A DNA stretch of 64,000 bases from an uncultured Bacilli bacterium. GTDB taxonomy: Bacteria > Bacillota_I > Bacilli_A > RF39 > UBA660. Below, piece after piece: positions 1-10,107 of the stretch. A model generated the notes under the pieces. The model did not search any database. It was given only the letters and a program-made list of their open reading frames with translations, and was not told the origin of the DNA. Position 1 is the stretch's first letter. Every line of letters begins with the position of its first letter. Both the position numbers and the translations under genes were made by a program. The stretch lies in the NCBI GenBank assembly GCA_947625505.1, contig CANQON010000001.1:28950-92949 (forward strand). The letters are read 5' to 3'.

Positions 1-28
1 AGATTCTTATACATTAACTCATGAGACG

Positions 29-613
29 ATGCATTATTATAACTTCGATGATGTAGGGATGAGTGATAATTGGCATTTAATGACAGAGACTTTTTCTATC
101 TTGATGGAGTTACTACAAAAGAAATGGTTTGCTAGCTTTAGTATTCCTAAACGTGATTATAAAAATAATGAAATAGATACTTTGTATGCTTTAAAGATTA
201 AAGCAATACGTCTAGATTTTGAAATAAGATTAATTATTACTTATTTAGAAAATGGCTATATAGATGAATATTTATTTGCTCGTTTATTAGAAGGATATAA
301 TGAATTTTATGCAGAAGAAGTAGAAGAAGATATTATAGATGTAATTAGGAATGATGAATTAAATTTTTCTATGTTGCAACGTGATATTATTGGAGGATGT
401 CTTTCTTCATACATGTATGAACGTATTTTAAATAAGCCTAGTCGTATTGCAGAACTAATTAATTTAAATGAGTATGTTAAAGAAATGGATTTTGAAGATA
501 GTTTATTATACTTAGGATTAGACTTTGAAGATGAAGAAACTTTATTACTTGATTCTAAAAGTTTAAATAAAATAAAGAGTGCATATGTTAAAAGAGTAAA
601 AAATATGTACTAG
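29..613 (+). CDS. hypothetical acidic protein, 194 aa
   Basis: Intact ORF with AT-rich codon usage like its neighbours. No motif recognised. Confidence 0.5.
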   Translation: MHYYNFDDVGMSDNWHLMTETFSILMELLQKKWFASFSIPKRDYKNNEIDTLYALKIKAIRLDFEIRLIITYLENGYIDEYLFARLLEGYNEFYAEEVEEDIIDVIRNDELNFSMLQRDIIGGCLSSYMYERILNKPSRIAELINLNEYVKEMDFEDSLLYLGLDFEDEETLLLDSKSLNKIKSAYVKRVKNMY

Positions 614-626
614 TGGGGTGTAGGTT

Positions 627-1640
627 ATGGAAATAGTAGGAACATTAGAAGATTATGTTGATGACTATAGTTGCGCTGTTTATAGTGCTTTTCCTAAAAT
701 GTTTAAATATTTAAATTTACATAATGTTTATGGTAATTATTTTGAACAATTATTAGGAGCTGTAGAACAAGATATACCTTCAGATTATGAATATGAATGT
801 GAAATTGATTTTTTAGCTTGTTACAATTTATGTCTAGATATATTATCATCTTTAGGTAATAACTATGTTACTAAATTTAAACAATGGATGAATGATGGAA
901 CAATTAATTTTATAGAAGATGAAGATAGTTTTTCACATACAACTGTTTCTGATAATCATCTAGAAATTAATATTGCTAAAAACTATACTATTGAAGATGT
1001 TTTTGGACTTATTCATGAATTTTTTCATGGTATGCATTTAGAACAATTTGATAATAATTTAAATAATGAAGATTGGTATTTAACAACTGAATGTATCGCT
1101 ATGACAGGGGAATTTTATAGTGTTTTCTATTTCCTAAAAAATAATATTATGACTGATGATACTAAGATGTATCTAAAAAAATTATTAATGAATGGTTATT
1201 ATAAAGCTGATAATTCTTTAGTAGATGGTATATTACTAGAAGTATATGATAATATTGGTACTTTTGATGATAAAGAAGTAATAAACTTTTTAAAGCAAGC
1301 TCGTCTTCCTATAGAATATAAAAACATTATTGATAGTATTAATGAAGAACATGAGTTAAACTATCATGAAGGATTTACTTATACAATTGGTTTTCCTATT
1401 TCGATAATGCTTGCTAAAAAAATGATTGATGATTCAAGTTATATTAATTTATTTAATAAGCAATTTAGTGATATAAAAAGATATGATGCTTCTACATTTT
1501 TAAGTGGTTTTGGACTTCAAGATATATTAACAGATGTTGACTTTATTTATGATGTTATGGTATATATCGATAGTTTATCAGAATCATTATTTAAAGAAGA
1601 TAATATTTCTTTAAAAGAGTATTTAATAGAGATGAGGTAA
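627..1640 (+). CDS. hypothetical protein with an HExxH motif (possible M3-like zinc metallopeptidase), 337 aa
   Basis: RBS GGGGTGTAGG lies before the ATG. The internal motif LIHEFFHGMH fits HExxH. Family not resolved by eye. Confidence 0.45.
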   Translation: MEIVGTLEDYVDDYSCAVYSAFPKMFKYLNLHNVYGNYFEQLLGAVEQDIPSDYEYECEIDFLACYNLCLDILSSLGNNYVTKFKQWMNDGTINFIEDEDSFSHTTVSDNHLEINIAKNYTIEDVFGLIHEFFHGMHLEQFDNNLNNEDWYLTTECIAMTGEFYSVFYFLKNNIMTDDTKMYLKKLLMNGYYKADNSLVDGILLEVYDNIGTFDDKEVINFLKQARLPIEYKNIIDSINEEHELNYHEGFTYTIGFPISIMLAKKMIDDSSYINLFNKQFSDIKRYDASTFLSGFGLQDILTDVDFIYDVMVYIDSLSESLFKEDNISLKEYLIEMR

Positions 1641-1642
1641 TT

Positions 1643-2521
1643 ATGGTTATTGTTATTACAGGACCTACTTGTGTAGGAAAAACTAAATTAAGTATTGAAT
1701 TAGCTAAATTATTAAATGGTGAAATAATAAATGCTGATAGTACACAAGTATATCGTAATATGAATATTGGTACGGCTAAAGTTACGGAAGAAGAAAAATG
1801 TGGAATACCTCATCATTTATTTGATATATGTGATGTTAAAGAAAATTATACTGTTTATGACTATCAAAAAGATGCTAGAAAATGGATTGATGATATAACT
1901 AAAAGAGGAAAGACACCTATTTTAGTTGGAGGAACAGGATTATATATTAAAGCAGCATTATATGATTATTCTTTTACTAATGAAGATCAAACTTATGACT
2001 ATACAAATTATACTAATGATGAATTATATCAAGAACTAATTAAGTTAGATCCTAATACGAATATTCATCCTAATAATCGTAAAAGAGTAGAAAGAGCTTT
2101 AACATATATTCGGAATAATGGGGTCTCTATAAGTAGTAATGCCAATGGTAATGAATTATTATATGATACTATTTTTATTGGCTTAACAACTGATCGAGAT
2201 AATTTATATAATCGTATTAATAAAAGAGTAGATGTCATGATGCAACAAGGACTACTTGAAGAAGCTAAATATTTTTTTGATTTGGGTATTAAATCCAAAG
2301 CGATTATGACACCAATATGTTATAAAGAATTATTTGCTTACTTTAATAATGAAATATCCTTAGATGAAGCTTTAGATTTAATAAGACAAAGAAGTCGCAA
2401 ATATGCTAAAAGACAATATACATGGTTTAATCATCAATTACCTGTTACATGGTTTGATGTTGATTTTAATGATTTTAATAATACCATTGCTGATGTGTAC
2501 GAGTATATAAAAAAGAGTTAA
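1643..2521 (+). CDS. miaA: tRNA dimethylallyltransferase
   Basis: The N-terminal P-loop GPTCVGKT and the stretch INADSTQVYRNMNIGTAKVT are typical of MiaA. Length is 292 aa. Confidence 0.9.
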   Translation: MVIVITGPTCVGKTKLSIELAKLLNGEIINADSTQVYRNMNIGTAKVTEEEKCGIPHHLFDICDVKENYTVYDYQKDARKWIDDITKRGKTPILVGGTGLYIKAALYDYSFTNEDQTYDYTNYTNDELYQELIKLDPNTNIHPNNRKRVERALTYIRNNGVSISSNANGNELLYDTIFIGLTTDRDNLYNRINKRVDVMMQQGLLEEAKYFFDLGIKSKAIMTPICYKELFAYFNNEISLDEALDLIRQRSRKYAKRQYTWFNHQLPVTWFDVDFNDFNNTIADVYEYIKKS

Positions 2522-2544
2522 AAACTCTTTTTCTTAAATTAAAT

Positions 2545-3246
2545 TTATAAAGATGCTAATAGTTGCATAATTAAAGCAAAATTATTGTGAATAGCATGTA
2601 AACTTATAGGAACAAAAATATTATCGGATTTAACTAAGGTATAAGCAAATACACATCCAGGAACACTATAAGGTATAATATATAACCAATCAATAAGAGT
2701 AGGATTAGTACCAATAATATGCATAGATCCAAATATTAATCCTGAAAGAATAATAAAGATATATTTATTATAATCTTTAGTACCAATTATTTTATAAAAA
2801 CATAATCTAAATACTAATTCTTCTATTATAGGAGCTAGAACTCCTGCTAAGATAAAGGTAAAGATATGACTAGTTTCAAATAATGTTCTAACACTTTCTT
2901 CATTAGATGCAATAGCACCATTATTAATCATGATAATAATAAGATTAGAGACATACATTAATAGTAAAGCAACGCCCCAATATTTTATGTAGTTTTTTAA
3001 ATAATATTTAATATTGGCAATGTATTTATTAAAGTGGCGACTAATTGTTTGACGAAGGATTAAGACAATGATAACAATCTGTACTACTTCATACCATATA
3101 TTAAATAAGAATATTAGATTCATATTTTTAGTTATATCAAAAGGTAATATATAAGCTATAATATCTAGAATAGGAATACTATTTAATAATAGATAAGCTA
3201 TAATAGCGCATATACCTCTGATTGCATCTTTAGCTCTTTCACTCAT
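2545..3246 (-). CDS. CPBP-family (CAAX protease-like) intramembrane metalloprotease
   Basis: Multi-TM protein carrying the three CPBP motifs: EExxxR (IEELVFR), FxxxH (FGSMH) and HxxxN (HAIHN). Confidence 0.75.
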   Translation of the reverse strand: MSERAKDAIRGICAIIAYLLLNSIPILDIIAYILPFDITKNMNLIFLFNIWYEVVQIVIIVLILRQTISRHFNKYIANIKYYLKNYIKYWGVALLLMYVSNLIIIMINNGAIASNEESVRTLFETSHIFTFILAGVLAPIIEELVFRLCFYKIIGTKDYNKYIFIILSGLIFGSMHIIGTNPTLIDWLYIIPYSVPGCVFAYTLVKSDNIFVPISLHAIHNNFALIMQLLASL

Positions 3247-3322
3247 TTTATCACTTCCACTATTATTAATTATAACAAAAAAAAGGAAAAAAATTATAAA
3301 AATGTATGAAATATAAAAAAAG

Positions 3323-3333
3323 TATGATATAAT
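3323..3333 (+). promoter_or_regulatory. extended -10 promoter (TGaTATAAT) for the rimP-nusA-infB operon
   Basis: TGATATAAT begins at 3325 and lies about 60 nt upstream of the rimP ATG. Confidence 0.5.
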
Positions 3334-3352
3334 ATGAGCAGTTGTGAAGCAA

Positions 3353-3384
3353 AGAGTGGGAATACCACTCTTTAATATTTATTT
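3353..3384 (+). promoter_or_regulatory. leader hairpin plus U-tract (candidate attenuator) in the nusA-operon leader
   Basis: A 7-bp stem AGAGTGG/CCACTCT with a 5-nt loop is followed by TTTAATATTTATTT. It sits between the -10 and the rimP RBS (GGAGGT). Confidence 0.45.
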
Positions 3385-3393
3385 GGAGGTAAT

Positions 3394-3648
3394 ATGAATA
3401 TAATTGAAGAAGTAACTAAATTAATTAGTAAACCTGTTACTGATGCAGGATATATAATTGATGAAGTTATGTATGTAAAAGAGGATGGTAATAACTTTTT
3501 AAGAGTTATTATTACCAAAAATGGCATCATTGATGTTGAGGATTGTGTTACCGTAAGTAATATAATTAATCCTTTATTAGATGAAGCTGACTTAATAGAA
3601 GAAACATATATTTTAGATGTATGTTCTAAAGAGAAGGGAGCTGAATAA
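3394..3648 (+). CDS. rimP: ribosome maturation factor RimP, short form (N-terminal domain only, 84 aa)
   Basis: Its position upstream of nusA and its sequence align with the RimP N-terminal domain (…FLRVIIT…DVEDCVTVSNIINPLLDE…YILDV). It stops where the C-terminal domain would begin. nusA, with its own RBS, follows 2 nt later. Confidence 0.6.
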   Translation: MNIIEEVTKLISKPVTDAGYIIDEVMYVKEDGNNFLRVIITKNGIIDVEDCVTVSNIINPLLDEADLIEETYILDVCSKEKGAE

Positions 3649-3649
3649 A

Positions 3650-4843
3650 ATGGATAAGGATGAATTTAAAAAAGCATTAGATATTTTAGTTAAAGAAAAA
3701 GATATATCTAAAGAATATGTCTTAGAAGCTATGACTTTAGCTTTAACAAGTGCATATAAGAAAAATTATCACTCTTTATCTAATGTACGTGTTGATATTA
3801 ATGGTGATACTGGAGAAATCAAAGTATTTTCTTATCGTACTGTCGTATTAGATAAAGAACACAAAGTATCATTAGATGAAAATGATTATGAAGATGACTC
3901 ATTAGAGGGAATTACTTCATTTGCAGAATTAGAAAATATGGAATTTGATGATGAAGAAGAAACAGATGCTTATGAGCCATTTATCTATGATGAACGTATT
4001 CATATTACTTTAGAGGATGCAAGAAAGATTGATCCTAATATTCAAGTAGGTGATACGATTGAAAAAGAAGTAACACCACGTGATTTTGGACGTGTTGCAG
4101 CCGCAACTGCTAAACAAGTAATTGTTCAAAAGATTCGTGAAGCTGAAAGAAATAATATTGCAGCTGAATTTGAAGAAAAAGAAAATGAAATGATTACAGG
4201 TACAGTTGAAATGGAAGATGAGAATAACTATTTTATTGATTTGGGCAAAACACAAGGATTACTTCCAAAATCAGAAATTATACCTGGTGAAACTATTAAA
4301 ATGGGTTCTAATATTAAAGCTTATATTAATAAAGTTAGTATTAATTCTAAGGGCGCTTTAATATTACTTACTCGTAAACATTTTGGATTTGTTAAAAGAT
4401 TATTTGAGCTTGAAATACCAGAGATAAATGAAGGAATAGTTTTAATCTATAGTATTGCTCGTGATCCAGGTAATCGTACTAAAATAGCTGTTTACTCTGA
4501 AAATAGTAATGTTGATCCAATTGGTGCTTGTATAGGTGAAAGAGGATCTAGAATTAACGCTATTATCAAAGAATTAAATGGTGAAAAAATAGATGTTATT
4601 GCTTACAATAAGTCACAAGAAGAATTTATAGCGAATGCTTTAAGTCCAGCTAAAAATGTTAGAGTCTTTATTATTGATGAAAAAAATAAAGAAGCTTTAG
4701 TTGTTGTTGATGATGAAAATCTTTCCTTAGCTATTGGTAAGAAAGGTTTAAATGTTCGTTTAGCTTCTCGTTTAACACATTATAAATTAGATGTTAAGAC
4801 AACCGAACAAGTTAAAGAAGCTGGAATTAATATCTTAGAGTAG
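3650..4843 (+). CDS. nusA: transcription termination/antitermination factor NusA
   Basis: RBS GAGAAGGGAG precedes the ATG at 3650. The N-terminus MDKDEF…ALD resembles NusA, and S1 and KH regions are present (GACIGERGSRINAIIKELNGEKIDVI). Confidence 0.9.
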   Translation: MDKDEFKKALDILVKEKDISKEYVLEAMTLALTSAYKKNYHSLSNVRVDINGDTGEIKVFSYRTVVLDKEHKVSLDENDYEDDSLEGITSFAELENMEFDDEEETDAYEPFIYDERIHITLEDARKIDPNIQVGDTIEKEVTPRDFGRVAAATAKQVIVQKIREAERNNIAAEFEEKENEMITGTVEMEDENNYFIDLGKTQGLLPKSEIIPGETIKMGSNIKAYINKVSINSKGALILLTRKHFGFVKRLFELEIPEINEGIVLIYSIARDPGNRTKIAVYSENSNVDPIGACIGERGSRINAIIKELNGEKIDVIAYNKSQEEFIANALSPAKNVRVFIIDEKNKEALVVVDDENLSLAIGKKGLNVRLASRLTHYKLDVKTTEQVKEAGINILE

Positions 4844-4850
4844 GTGAAAT

Positions 4851-5108
4851 ATGAAGACAAAAAAAATACCTATGCGTACTTGTGTTATAAGTAAGGAAAA
4901 ATTACCTAAGCAAGAACTATTACGTATTGTTCGTACACCTGAAGGTAAAGTAGTGATTGATGAAACTGGACGTACGAATGGTCATGGAGCATATGTTAAA
5001 AAAGATATAAATGTCATTAACAAAGCTCGTACTAGTAAGATATTAGAACGTATTATGGAGACTAAAATAGATGATGAAATATATGATATGTTAGAAAAAA
5101 AGTGTTAG
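4851..5108 (+). CDS. ylxR: YlxR/RnpM family RNA-binding protein (DUF448)
   Basis: RTCVISKEKLPKQELLRIV…GRTNGHGAYV matches the YlxR signature, and the gene sits in the conserved position between nusA and infB. Confidence 0.8.
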   Translation: MKTKKIPMRTCVISKEKLPKQELLRIVRTPEGKVVIDETGRTNGHGAYVKKDINVINKARTSKILERIMETKIDDEIYDMLEKKC

Positions 5109-5129
5109 ATAGAAAGAAGGTGCTTACTC

Positions 5130-7235
5130 ATGATGAGTGTATTAGAATATGCGTTAGATGTTGATAGAACAGTAGAAGAAGTATTAAGACTATGTGATAA
5201 ATTAAACATTGATGCTAACTCTGAAGATGATATGTTAGATGAAGAAGCTATTACAGAGTTAGATAGTGAAATTGCTAATGAAACTTATGATGAAGAAGAA
5301 AATGATGAAATTGAAGATGAGATTATCGAAAAGGAAAAGAATAAAATAGATGATCTTGTTAACGGTGGAAAAGCTAAGAAGAATACAACTCTTAAACCTG
5401 CTAAAAATACTAAGAAAGAACTAGCTAAAAAGAAAAAAGAGATGTATAAAAGTAAGGAAAAATTAATCAGTAATGCACCAGTTGAAAATAAAGATGATGT
5501 TATTTATAAAGAGGGAATGACAATAGGAGCTTTAGCTAAAGAGTTAGGTGTCGAAGCTGCTGAACTAATTAAAAAATTATTTACTTTAGGTACTTTAGCA
5601 ACTATTAATAATGTTATTGATTTTGATAATGCATCATTACTTGTTATGGATTATGGAAAAGAATTAAAAAGGGAAGAAAAAAGAGATGAAACAAAGTTTG
5701 AAGACTTTGTTATTGTAGATAACGAAGAAGATTTAGTAAAGAGACCTCCTGTTGTTACTATCATGGGACATGTTGATCATGGTAAAACAACTTTATTAGA
5801 TACAATTAGAAAAACGAATGTAGCTTTAGGAGAAGCAGGAGGAATTACGCAAGCTATAAGTGCTTATCAAGTTGATTATAAAGGTGAAACAATTACCTTT
5901 ATTGATACACCTGGACATGCTGCTTTTACAGAAATGCGTGCTAGAGGAGCTAGTATAACGGATATTGTTATCATTATTGTAGCAGCTGATGATGGTGTAA
6001 TGCCTCAAACAAAAGAAGCTATTGATCACGCTAAAGCTGCTAATGTACCTATTTTAGTAGCAATCAATAAAATAGATAAGCCAGGAGCTAATGTTGAAAG
6101 AGTAATGACAGAATTAGCTGATTATGGATTAACTCCAGATACATGGGGTGGAGATACTATATTTACTAATATCTCAGCTAAAGTAGGAACAGGTATTGAT
6201 ACATTACTTGAAAATATTTTGTTAGTTGCCGAAATGGAAGGATATAAAGCTAATCCTAATCGATATGCTAGTGGTAGTGTTGTAGAAGCTACTTTAGATA
6301 AACAAGTAGGTCCTGTTGTTACTTTATTAATTCAAAATGGTACTTTAAGAATAGGCGATCCTATTGTTGTAGGTAGTGCTCATGGTAAAGTACGTACTTT
6401 AAAAAATGACAAAGGTGAAGAAATAACTAGTGCTTATCCATCACAACCTGTTGAAATAACAGGATTAAATAAGACACCAAAAGCAGGAGATAAATTTATG
6501 GCTTTTGAATCTGAAAAACAAGCTCGTAGTATTGGTGAAGCTCGTGAAACAGAAGAAAGATTAAATAATAATAAAACAACTAGTTTAACTCTTGAGGATG
6601 TATTTGCTAAAATACAAGATGGTGTTAAAGAAGTAAATGTTATTATTAAAGCTGATGTTAATGGTAGTGCTGAAGCTGTTAAATCATCATTAGAAAAGAT
6701 TGAAGTTGATGGTGTAAGAGTTAAAGTTGTTAGAAGTAGTGTAGGTGCTATTACAGAAAGTGATATTGTTTTAGCTAGTGCTAGTAATGCTATTATTATA
6801 GGATTTAATATTAGACCTAATAATACAATTAAAGATTATGCTAAAGAACAAGGTGTAGAAATTAGATTATATGATATTATCTATAAAGCTGTTGAAGAAA
6901 TGGAAGCTGCTATGAAGGGTATGTTAGATCCTGAATATGAAGAACAAGTATTAGGAGAGGCTGAAGTAAGACAATTATTTAAATTCTCTAAAGTTGGTAC
7001 TATAGCAGGATCTTATGTAACAGAAGGTGTTATTAAAAATAATGCTAAAGCACGTGTTATACGCGATAGTACAGTTATTTATGATGGCGTTATCGGATCT
7101 ATCCAAAGAGAAAAAGATGCTGTTAAAGAAGTTAAAAAGGGATTAGAATGTGGTATTACAATTGCTAACTTTAATGATATTAAAGAAGGCGATATGATTG
7201 AAGCATATGAAATGGTAGAAAAAGTTAGAGCTTAA
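5130..7235 (+). CDS. infB: translation initiation factor IF-2
   Basis: G-domain motifs [12 protein letters not shown] and DTPGH, plus the IF-2 C-terminal domains, with the expected synteny. Length is 701 aa. Confidence 0.95.
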   Translation: MMSVLEYALDVDRTVEEVLRLCDKLNIDANSEDDMLDEEAITELDSEIANETYDEEENDEIEDEIIEKEKNKIDDLVNGGKAKKNTTLKPAKNTKKELAKKKKEMYKSKEKLISNAPVENKDDVIYKEGMTIGALAKELGVEAAELIKKLFTLGTLATINNVIDFDNASLLVMDYGKELKREEKRDETKFEDFVIVDNEEDLVKRPPVVTIMGHVDHGKTTLLDTIRKTNVALGEAGGITQAISAYQVDYKGETITFIDTPGHAAFTEMRARGASITDIVIIIVAADDGVMPQTKEAIDHAKAANVPILVAINKIDKPGANVERVMTELADYGLTPDTWGGDTIFTNISAKVGTGIDTLLENILLVAEMEGYKANPNRYASGSVVEATLDKQVGPVVTLLIQNGTLRIGDPIVVGSAHGKVRTLKNDKGEEITSAYPSQPVEITGLNKTPKAGDKFMAFESEKQARSIGEARETEERLNNNKTTSLTLEDVFAKIQDGVKEVNVIIKADVNGSAEAVKSSLEKIEVDGVRVKVVRSSVGAITESDIVLASASNAIIIGFNIRPNNTIKDYAKEQGVEIRLYDIIYKAVEEMEAAMKGMLDPEYEEQVLGEAEVRQLFKFSKVGTIAGSYVTEGVIKNNAKARVIRDSTVIYDGVIGSIQREKDAVKEVKKGLECGITIANFNDIKEGDMIEAYEMVEKVRA

Positions 7236-7257
7236 ATTATAGTTATGAGGTGATAAT

Positions 7258-7602
7258 ATGAGTATTAAGATTGATCGTTTAAATAACATTATTATGCGTG
7301 AGATAAGTATGATATTGCAAACAGAAATAAAAGATAGTGATATTAAGTTTGTTACTGTAACAGCTGTTAAGACTACCTCTGATTTAAGTTACTCAAAGAT
7401 TTATGTTACCTGTTTAAATGATGCTAAAAGAAATGAAACGATGAAAGCTTTAAATAATGCTAGTGGCTTTATTAGAAAAGTATTAGCTGATCGTATTGAA
7501 GTAAGACATATTCCTAAGTTAGAGTTTGTTTTTGATGGCTCTATTGAATATGGACAAAGAATTGAAGAAAAGATAAAAGAAATACATAAAGAAGATCAAT
7601 AA
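7258..7602 (+). CDS. rbfA: ribosome-binding factor A
   Basis: 114 aa, lies downstream of infB, and contains the RbfA-like stretch KFVTVTAVKTTSDLSYSKIYV. Confidence 0.9.
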   Translation: MSIKIDRLNNIIMREISMILQTEIKDSDIKFVTVTAVKTTSDLSYSKIYVTCLNDAKRNETMKALNNASGFIRKVLADRIEVRHIPKLEFVFDGSIEYGQRIEEKIKEIHKEDQ

Positions 7603-7647
7603 GATCTTCTTTTTTTGAAATAAAAAGTAAGTTCTAAGAACTTACTT
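7591..7647. terminator. bidirectional intrinsic terminator region (two hairpins)
   Basis: GAAGATC-aataa-GATCTTC followed by T7 serves the + strand. AAGTAAGTTC-taa-GAACTTACTT flanked by an A/T run serves the convergent minus gene. Confidence 0.7.
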
Positions 7648-8599
7648 TGGCTTCACGATAGAAATTTTGATTATAATTATGCTCATGTGTATCAGCTTTT
7701 AATAATTGTTTTGTATCTATTAAGAAGTAATCATGAATAATAATTTGTGAGCCTGTATTAGTAACAGGATCATCCCAAGTAGCATCTAAATGTAACCATT
7801 TATCATTAATTCTAACTAGGTTCCAAACATGTTTATCAGCTGATATTCGGATATTTTGTACACCTAATTTAGTCATATAGATAGACATAATATCACTATA
7901 TCCTCCACATAAAGCAATATGATTTTTTAATAAGCCAGTAGCTGTATGACTTTCACTATTTTCATACTCTTCATCGCTCATATTATTAGCTCTTTCTTTA
8001 TCATATTTAGTGTTATTAATTATATAATCGTGAAATGTTTTAATTTTATCTTCAGTCGTTAAATCTTCCTTAATATTCTTTTGAACAATATTATCAATTT
8101 CATTATTTATAAAAGCAATATCATCTTCACTATATTGTTTTTTAACTTTGATTAATACTTTTCCATAATTATTCATAACAACAGTTAATTTTTGATAAGA
8201 ATTATATGGATGAACTAAGTTATTAATGTCTGCTAAAACATCATATGTTGATGAATCTTTAACATTAGGAATTAAAGTATCAATATCAGCTAAACAACTA
8301 CGATAGTCTTCATCGCAATAGAAGTAAAATTCTTCAACGCCACTATCTAGTATAGTATAAATAATATTTAAAAGGTGTTGATAATTTTTAGCAACAAAGT
8401 CATCGGTAATTTGAACAAACTCATAATTTTTGTTTAATGAATAGTTGTTTTTCTCAATTTCTATGGTTGCATTTTTATTATAAATATAATTATCGATAAT
8501 ATAGGTTGATATTTCTTCATTATAGACAATGACTAAAATAATTAAAGCAAAAAAGATTAAATTAAGCAAAATTTTGAAGATATTTCTTTTACGCTTCAT
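7634..8599 (-). CDS. membrane-anchored transglutaminase-like (Cys-His-Asp) domain protein
   Basis: An N-terminal TM helix is followed by a C…H…D triad region: ALCGGYSD … HVWNLVRI … DATWDD. Confidence 0.55.
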   Translation of the reverse strand: MKRKRNIFKILLNLIFFALIILVIVYNEEISTYIIDNYIYNKNATIEIEKNNYSLNKNYEFVQITDDFVAKNYQHLLNIIYTILDSGVEEFYFYCDEDYRSCLADIDTLIPNVKDSSTYDVLADINNLVHPYNSYQKLTVVMNNYGKVLIKVKKQYSEDDIAFINNEIDNIVQKNIKEDLTTEDKIKTFHDYIINNTKYDKERANNMSDEEYENSESHTATGLLKNHIALCGGYSDIMSIYMTKLGVQNIRISADKHVWNLVRINDKWLHLDATWDDPVTNTGSQIIIHDYFLIDTKQLLKADTHEHNYNQNFYREAKVSS

Positions 8600-8650
8600 T
8601 TATCATCACCAAACTAATTGTATCATAGATAGTCAAAAAAAAGGAGTATT

Positions 8651-8914
8651 TTACTCCATTTCATTAACTTTTTTTGTTAAACGAGATTTGTTACGTGCAC
8701 TAGTGTTTTTACTTGTAACACCATTCTTTGCTGCTTTATCAATACATTTTACAGCAACTTTTAAGTTAGCTTGTGCTTCTTCTTTATTTTTACTAGCTAC
8801 AGATCTTTCTACTTTTTTAATAGCGTTTTTCATACTAGCTTCATATTCATTATTAACTTTTTGCTTTTTAATATTTACTAAAACTCTTTTTTCAGCATTC
8901 TTAAGATTTGGCAT
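8651..8914 (-). CDS. rpsT: 30S ribosomal protein S20
   Basis: MPNLKNAEKRVLVNIKK… is S20-like and basic. A perfect RBS GGAGGTG lies 6 nt upstream of the ATG at 8914; the longer listed ORF has no RBS. Confidence 0.9.
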   Translation of the reverse strand: MPNLKNAEKRVLVNIKKQKVNNEYEASMKNAIKKVERSVASKNKEEAQANLKVAVKCIDKAAKNGVTSKNTSARNKSRLTKKVNEME

Positions 8915-9050
8915 AATATTCACCTCCAAGTTCACATACATACATATTTTAACAAAAATATATTAAAAATGCAAACAAAATAAGCACTTTTAAAAAAATA
9001 ATTATGTCATAAAAATAATTTTTTCGTAAACATTAATAATGGTGATTTAA

Positions 9051-10052
9051 ATGAATCATGAAGTTGATTTAAGTAATTATAATGTACATACGGATTTAAT
9101 GATTGAAGCTGTATCTGATGTCAAAGAAATAAAGATGAATAAATCCGTTATTAATGGTATTAAAGTTACGGAGATAAAACTTAATAAAGAAGAAGCTAAA
9201 CTAGTTAATAAAAAAGAGGGTAATTATATAACTATTGAATTTGATGATGTTACTGATAGTGTAAATAGTAAAAAAGTTTTAAAGATATTTATCCGGGAAT
9301 TAAAGAAATTTGTAAAATTAGATAAGAAAGATGATTTGGTATTAGTTGTAGGATTAGGTAATTCTTCATCAACACCTGATTCTTTAGGACCCTTGGTTGT
9401 TAATGGTATTACGGTAACTAATCATTTATATGAACTTAATATGGTTGATCCACATTATCAAAGAGTAAGCGCTATTACACCTAGCGTAATGGGAAAAACA
9501 GGTATTGAGACAAGTGAAATTATTAAAAGTATTGCTTTACTTATTCATCCTAAATTAATTATTGTTATTGATGCTTTAGCGAGCACTTCAATTGAACGTT
9601 TAAATAAGACTATTCAAATTACTGATAGTGGTATATATCCTGGTAGTGGGATAGGTAATAAAAGAAAAGAAATAAGTAAAGAAGTATTAGGTATACCTGT
9701 AGTAGCGATAGGTATTCCTACTGTTGTTGACGCAATTACTATCGTCAGTGATACGATTAATTATATGATAAAACACTATATTTATTCTAAAGAACATATT
9801 AATATTCCTAAATATAAACTAATTACTAATAATAATTATTTAAAAGAAGATATTTCTATTAATAGTCAAGATAAAGAAATACTTTTAGGATTAATTGGTA
9901 GATTAAGTGATGAAGAATTAAAAATACTTCTTAATGATGTATTAAGTCCTATAGGTTATAATTTAATAGTAACCCCAAAAGAAATAGATTACTTAATTGA
10001 TTGTTTATCAAAGATAATTTATACAGGTATCAATACTATATTAAAAGATTAA
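9051..10052 (+). CDS. gpr: germination protease (spore protease Gpr)
   Basis: Conserved Gpr blocks are present: LVVGLGNSSSTPDSLGP, VSAITPSVMGKTGIETSEII, IVIDALAS, TIQITDSGIYPGSGIGNKR and GIPVVAIGIPTVVDA. Confidence 0.85.
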   Translation: MNHEVDLSNYNVHTDLMIEAVSDVKEIKMNKSVINGIKVTEIKLNKEEAKLVNKKEGNYITIEFDDVTDSVNSKKVLKIFIRELKKFVKLDKKDDLVLVVGLGNSSSTPDSLGPLVVNGITVTNHLYELNMVDPHYQRVSAITPSVMGKTGIETSEIIKSIALLIHPKLIIVIDALASTSIERLNKTIQITDSGIYPGSGIGNKRKEISKEVLGIPVVAIGIPTVVDAITIVSDTINYMIKHYIYSKEHINIPKYKLITNNNYLKEDISINSQDKEILLGLIGRLSDEELKILLNDVLSPIGYNLIVTPKEIDYLIDCLSKIIYTGINTILKD

Positions 10053-10107
10053 TAGACTTTTAAATTATTATAAATCATGTTATAATATACCCGAAAGGGC
10101 TGATAGT

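Noticed and set aside
3394-3648. rimP as a frameshifted pseudogene continuing into nusA
   Set aside because: The nusA N-terminus (MDKDEFKKALDIL…) begins right at an RBS-supported ATG 2 nt after the rimP stop, and no RimP C-terminal-domain sequence is present in any frame. Genuine truncation is more likely, though a sequencing error cannot be excluded.
5109-5129. Missing ylxQ (L7Ae-family) gene between ylxR and infB
   Set aside because: The gap is only 21 nt. The gene is simply absent in this lineage, which is known to vary among Bacillota, and this is not a feature.
8529-8966. 145-aa + strand ORF
   Set aside because: It is antisense to the well-supported rpsT (S20) gene, hydrophobic and low-complexity, with no RBS. 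It is spurious.
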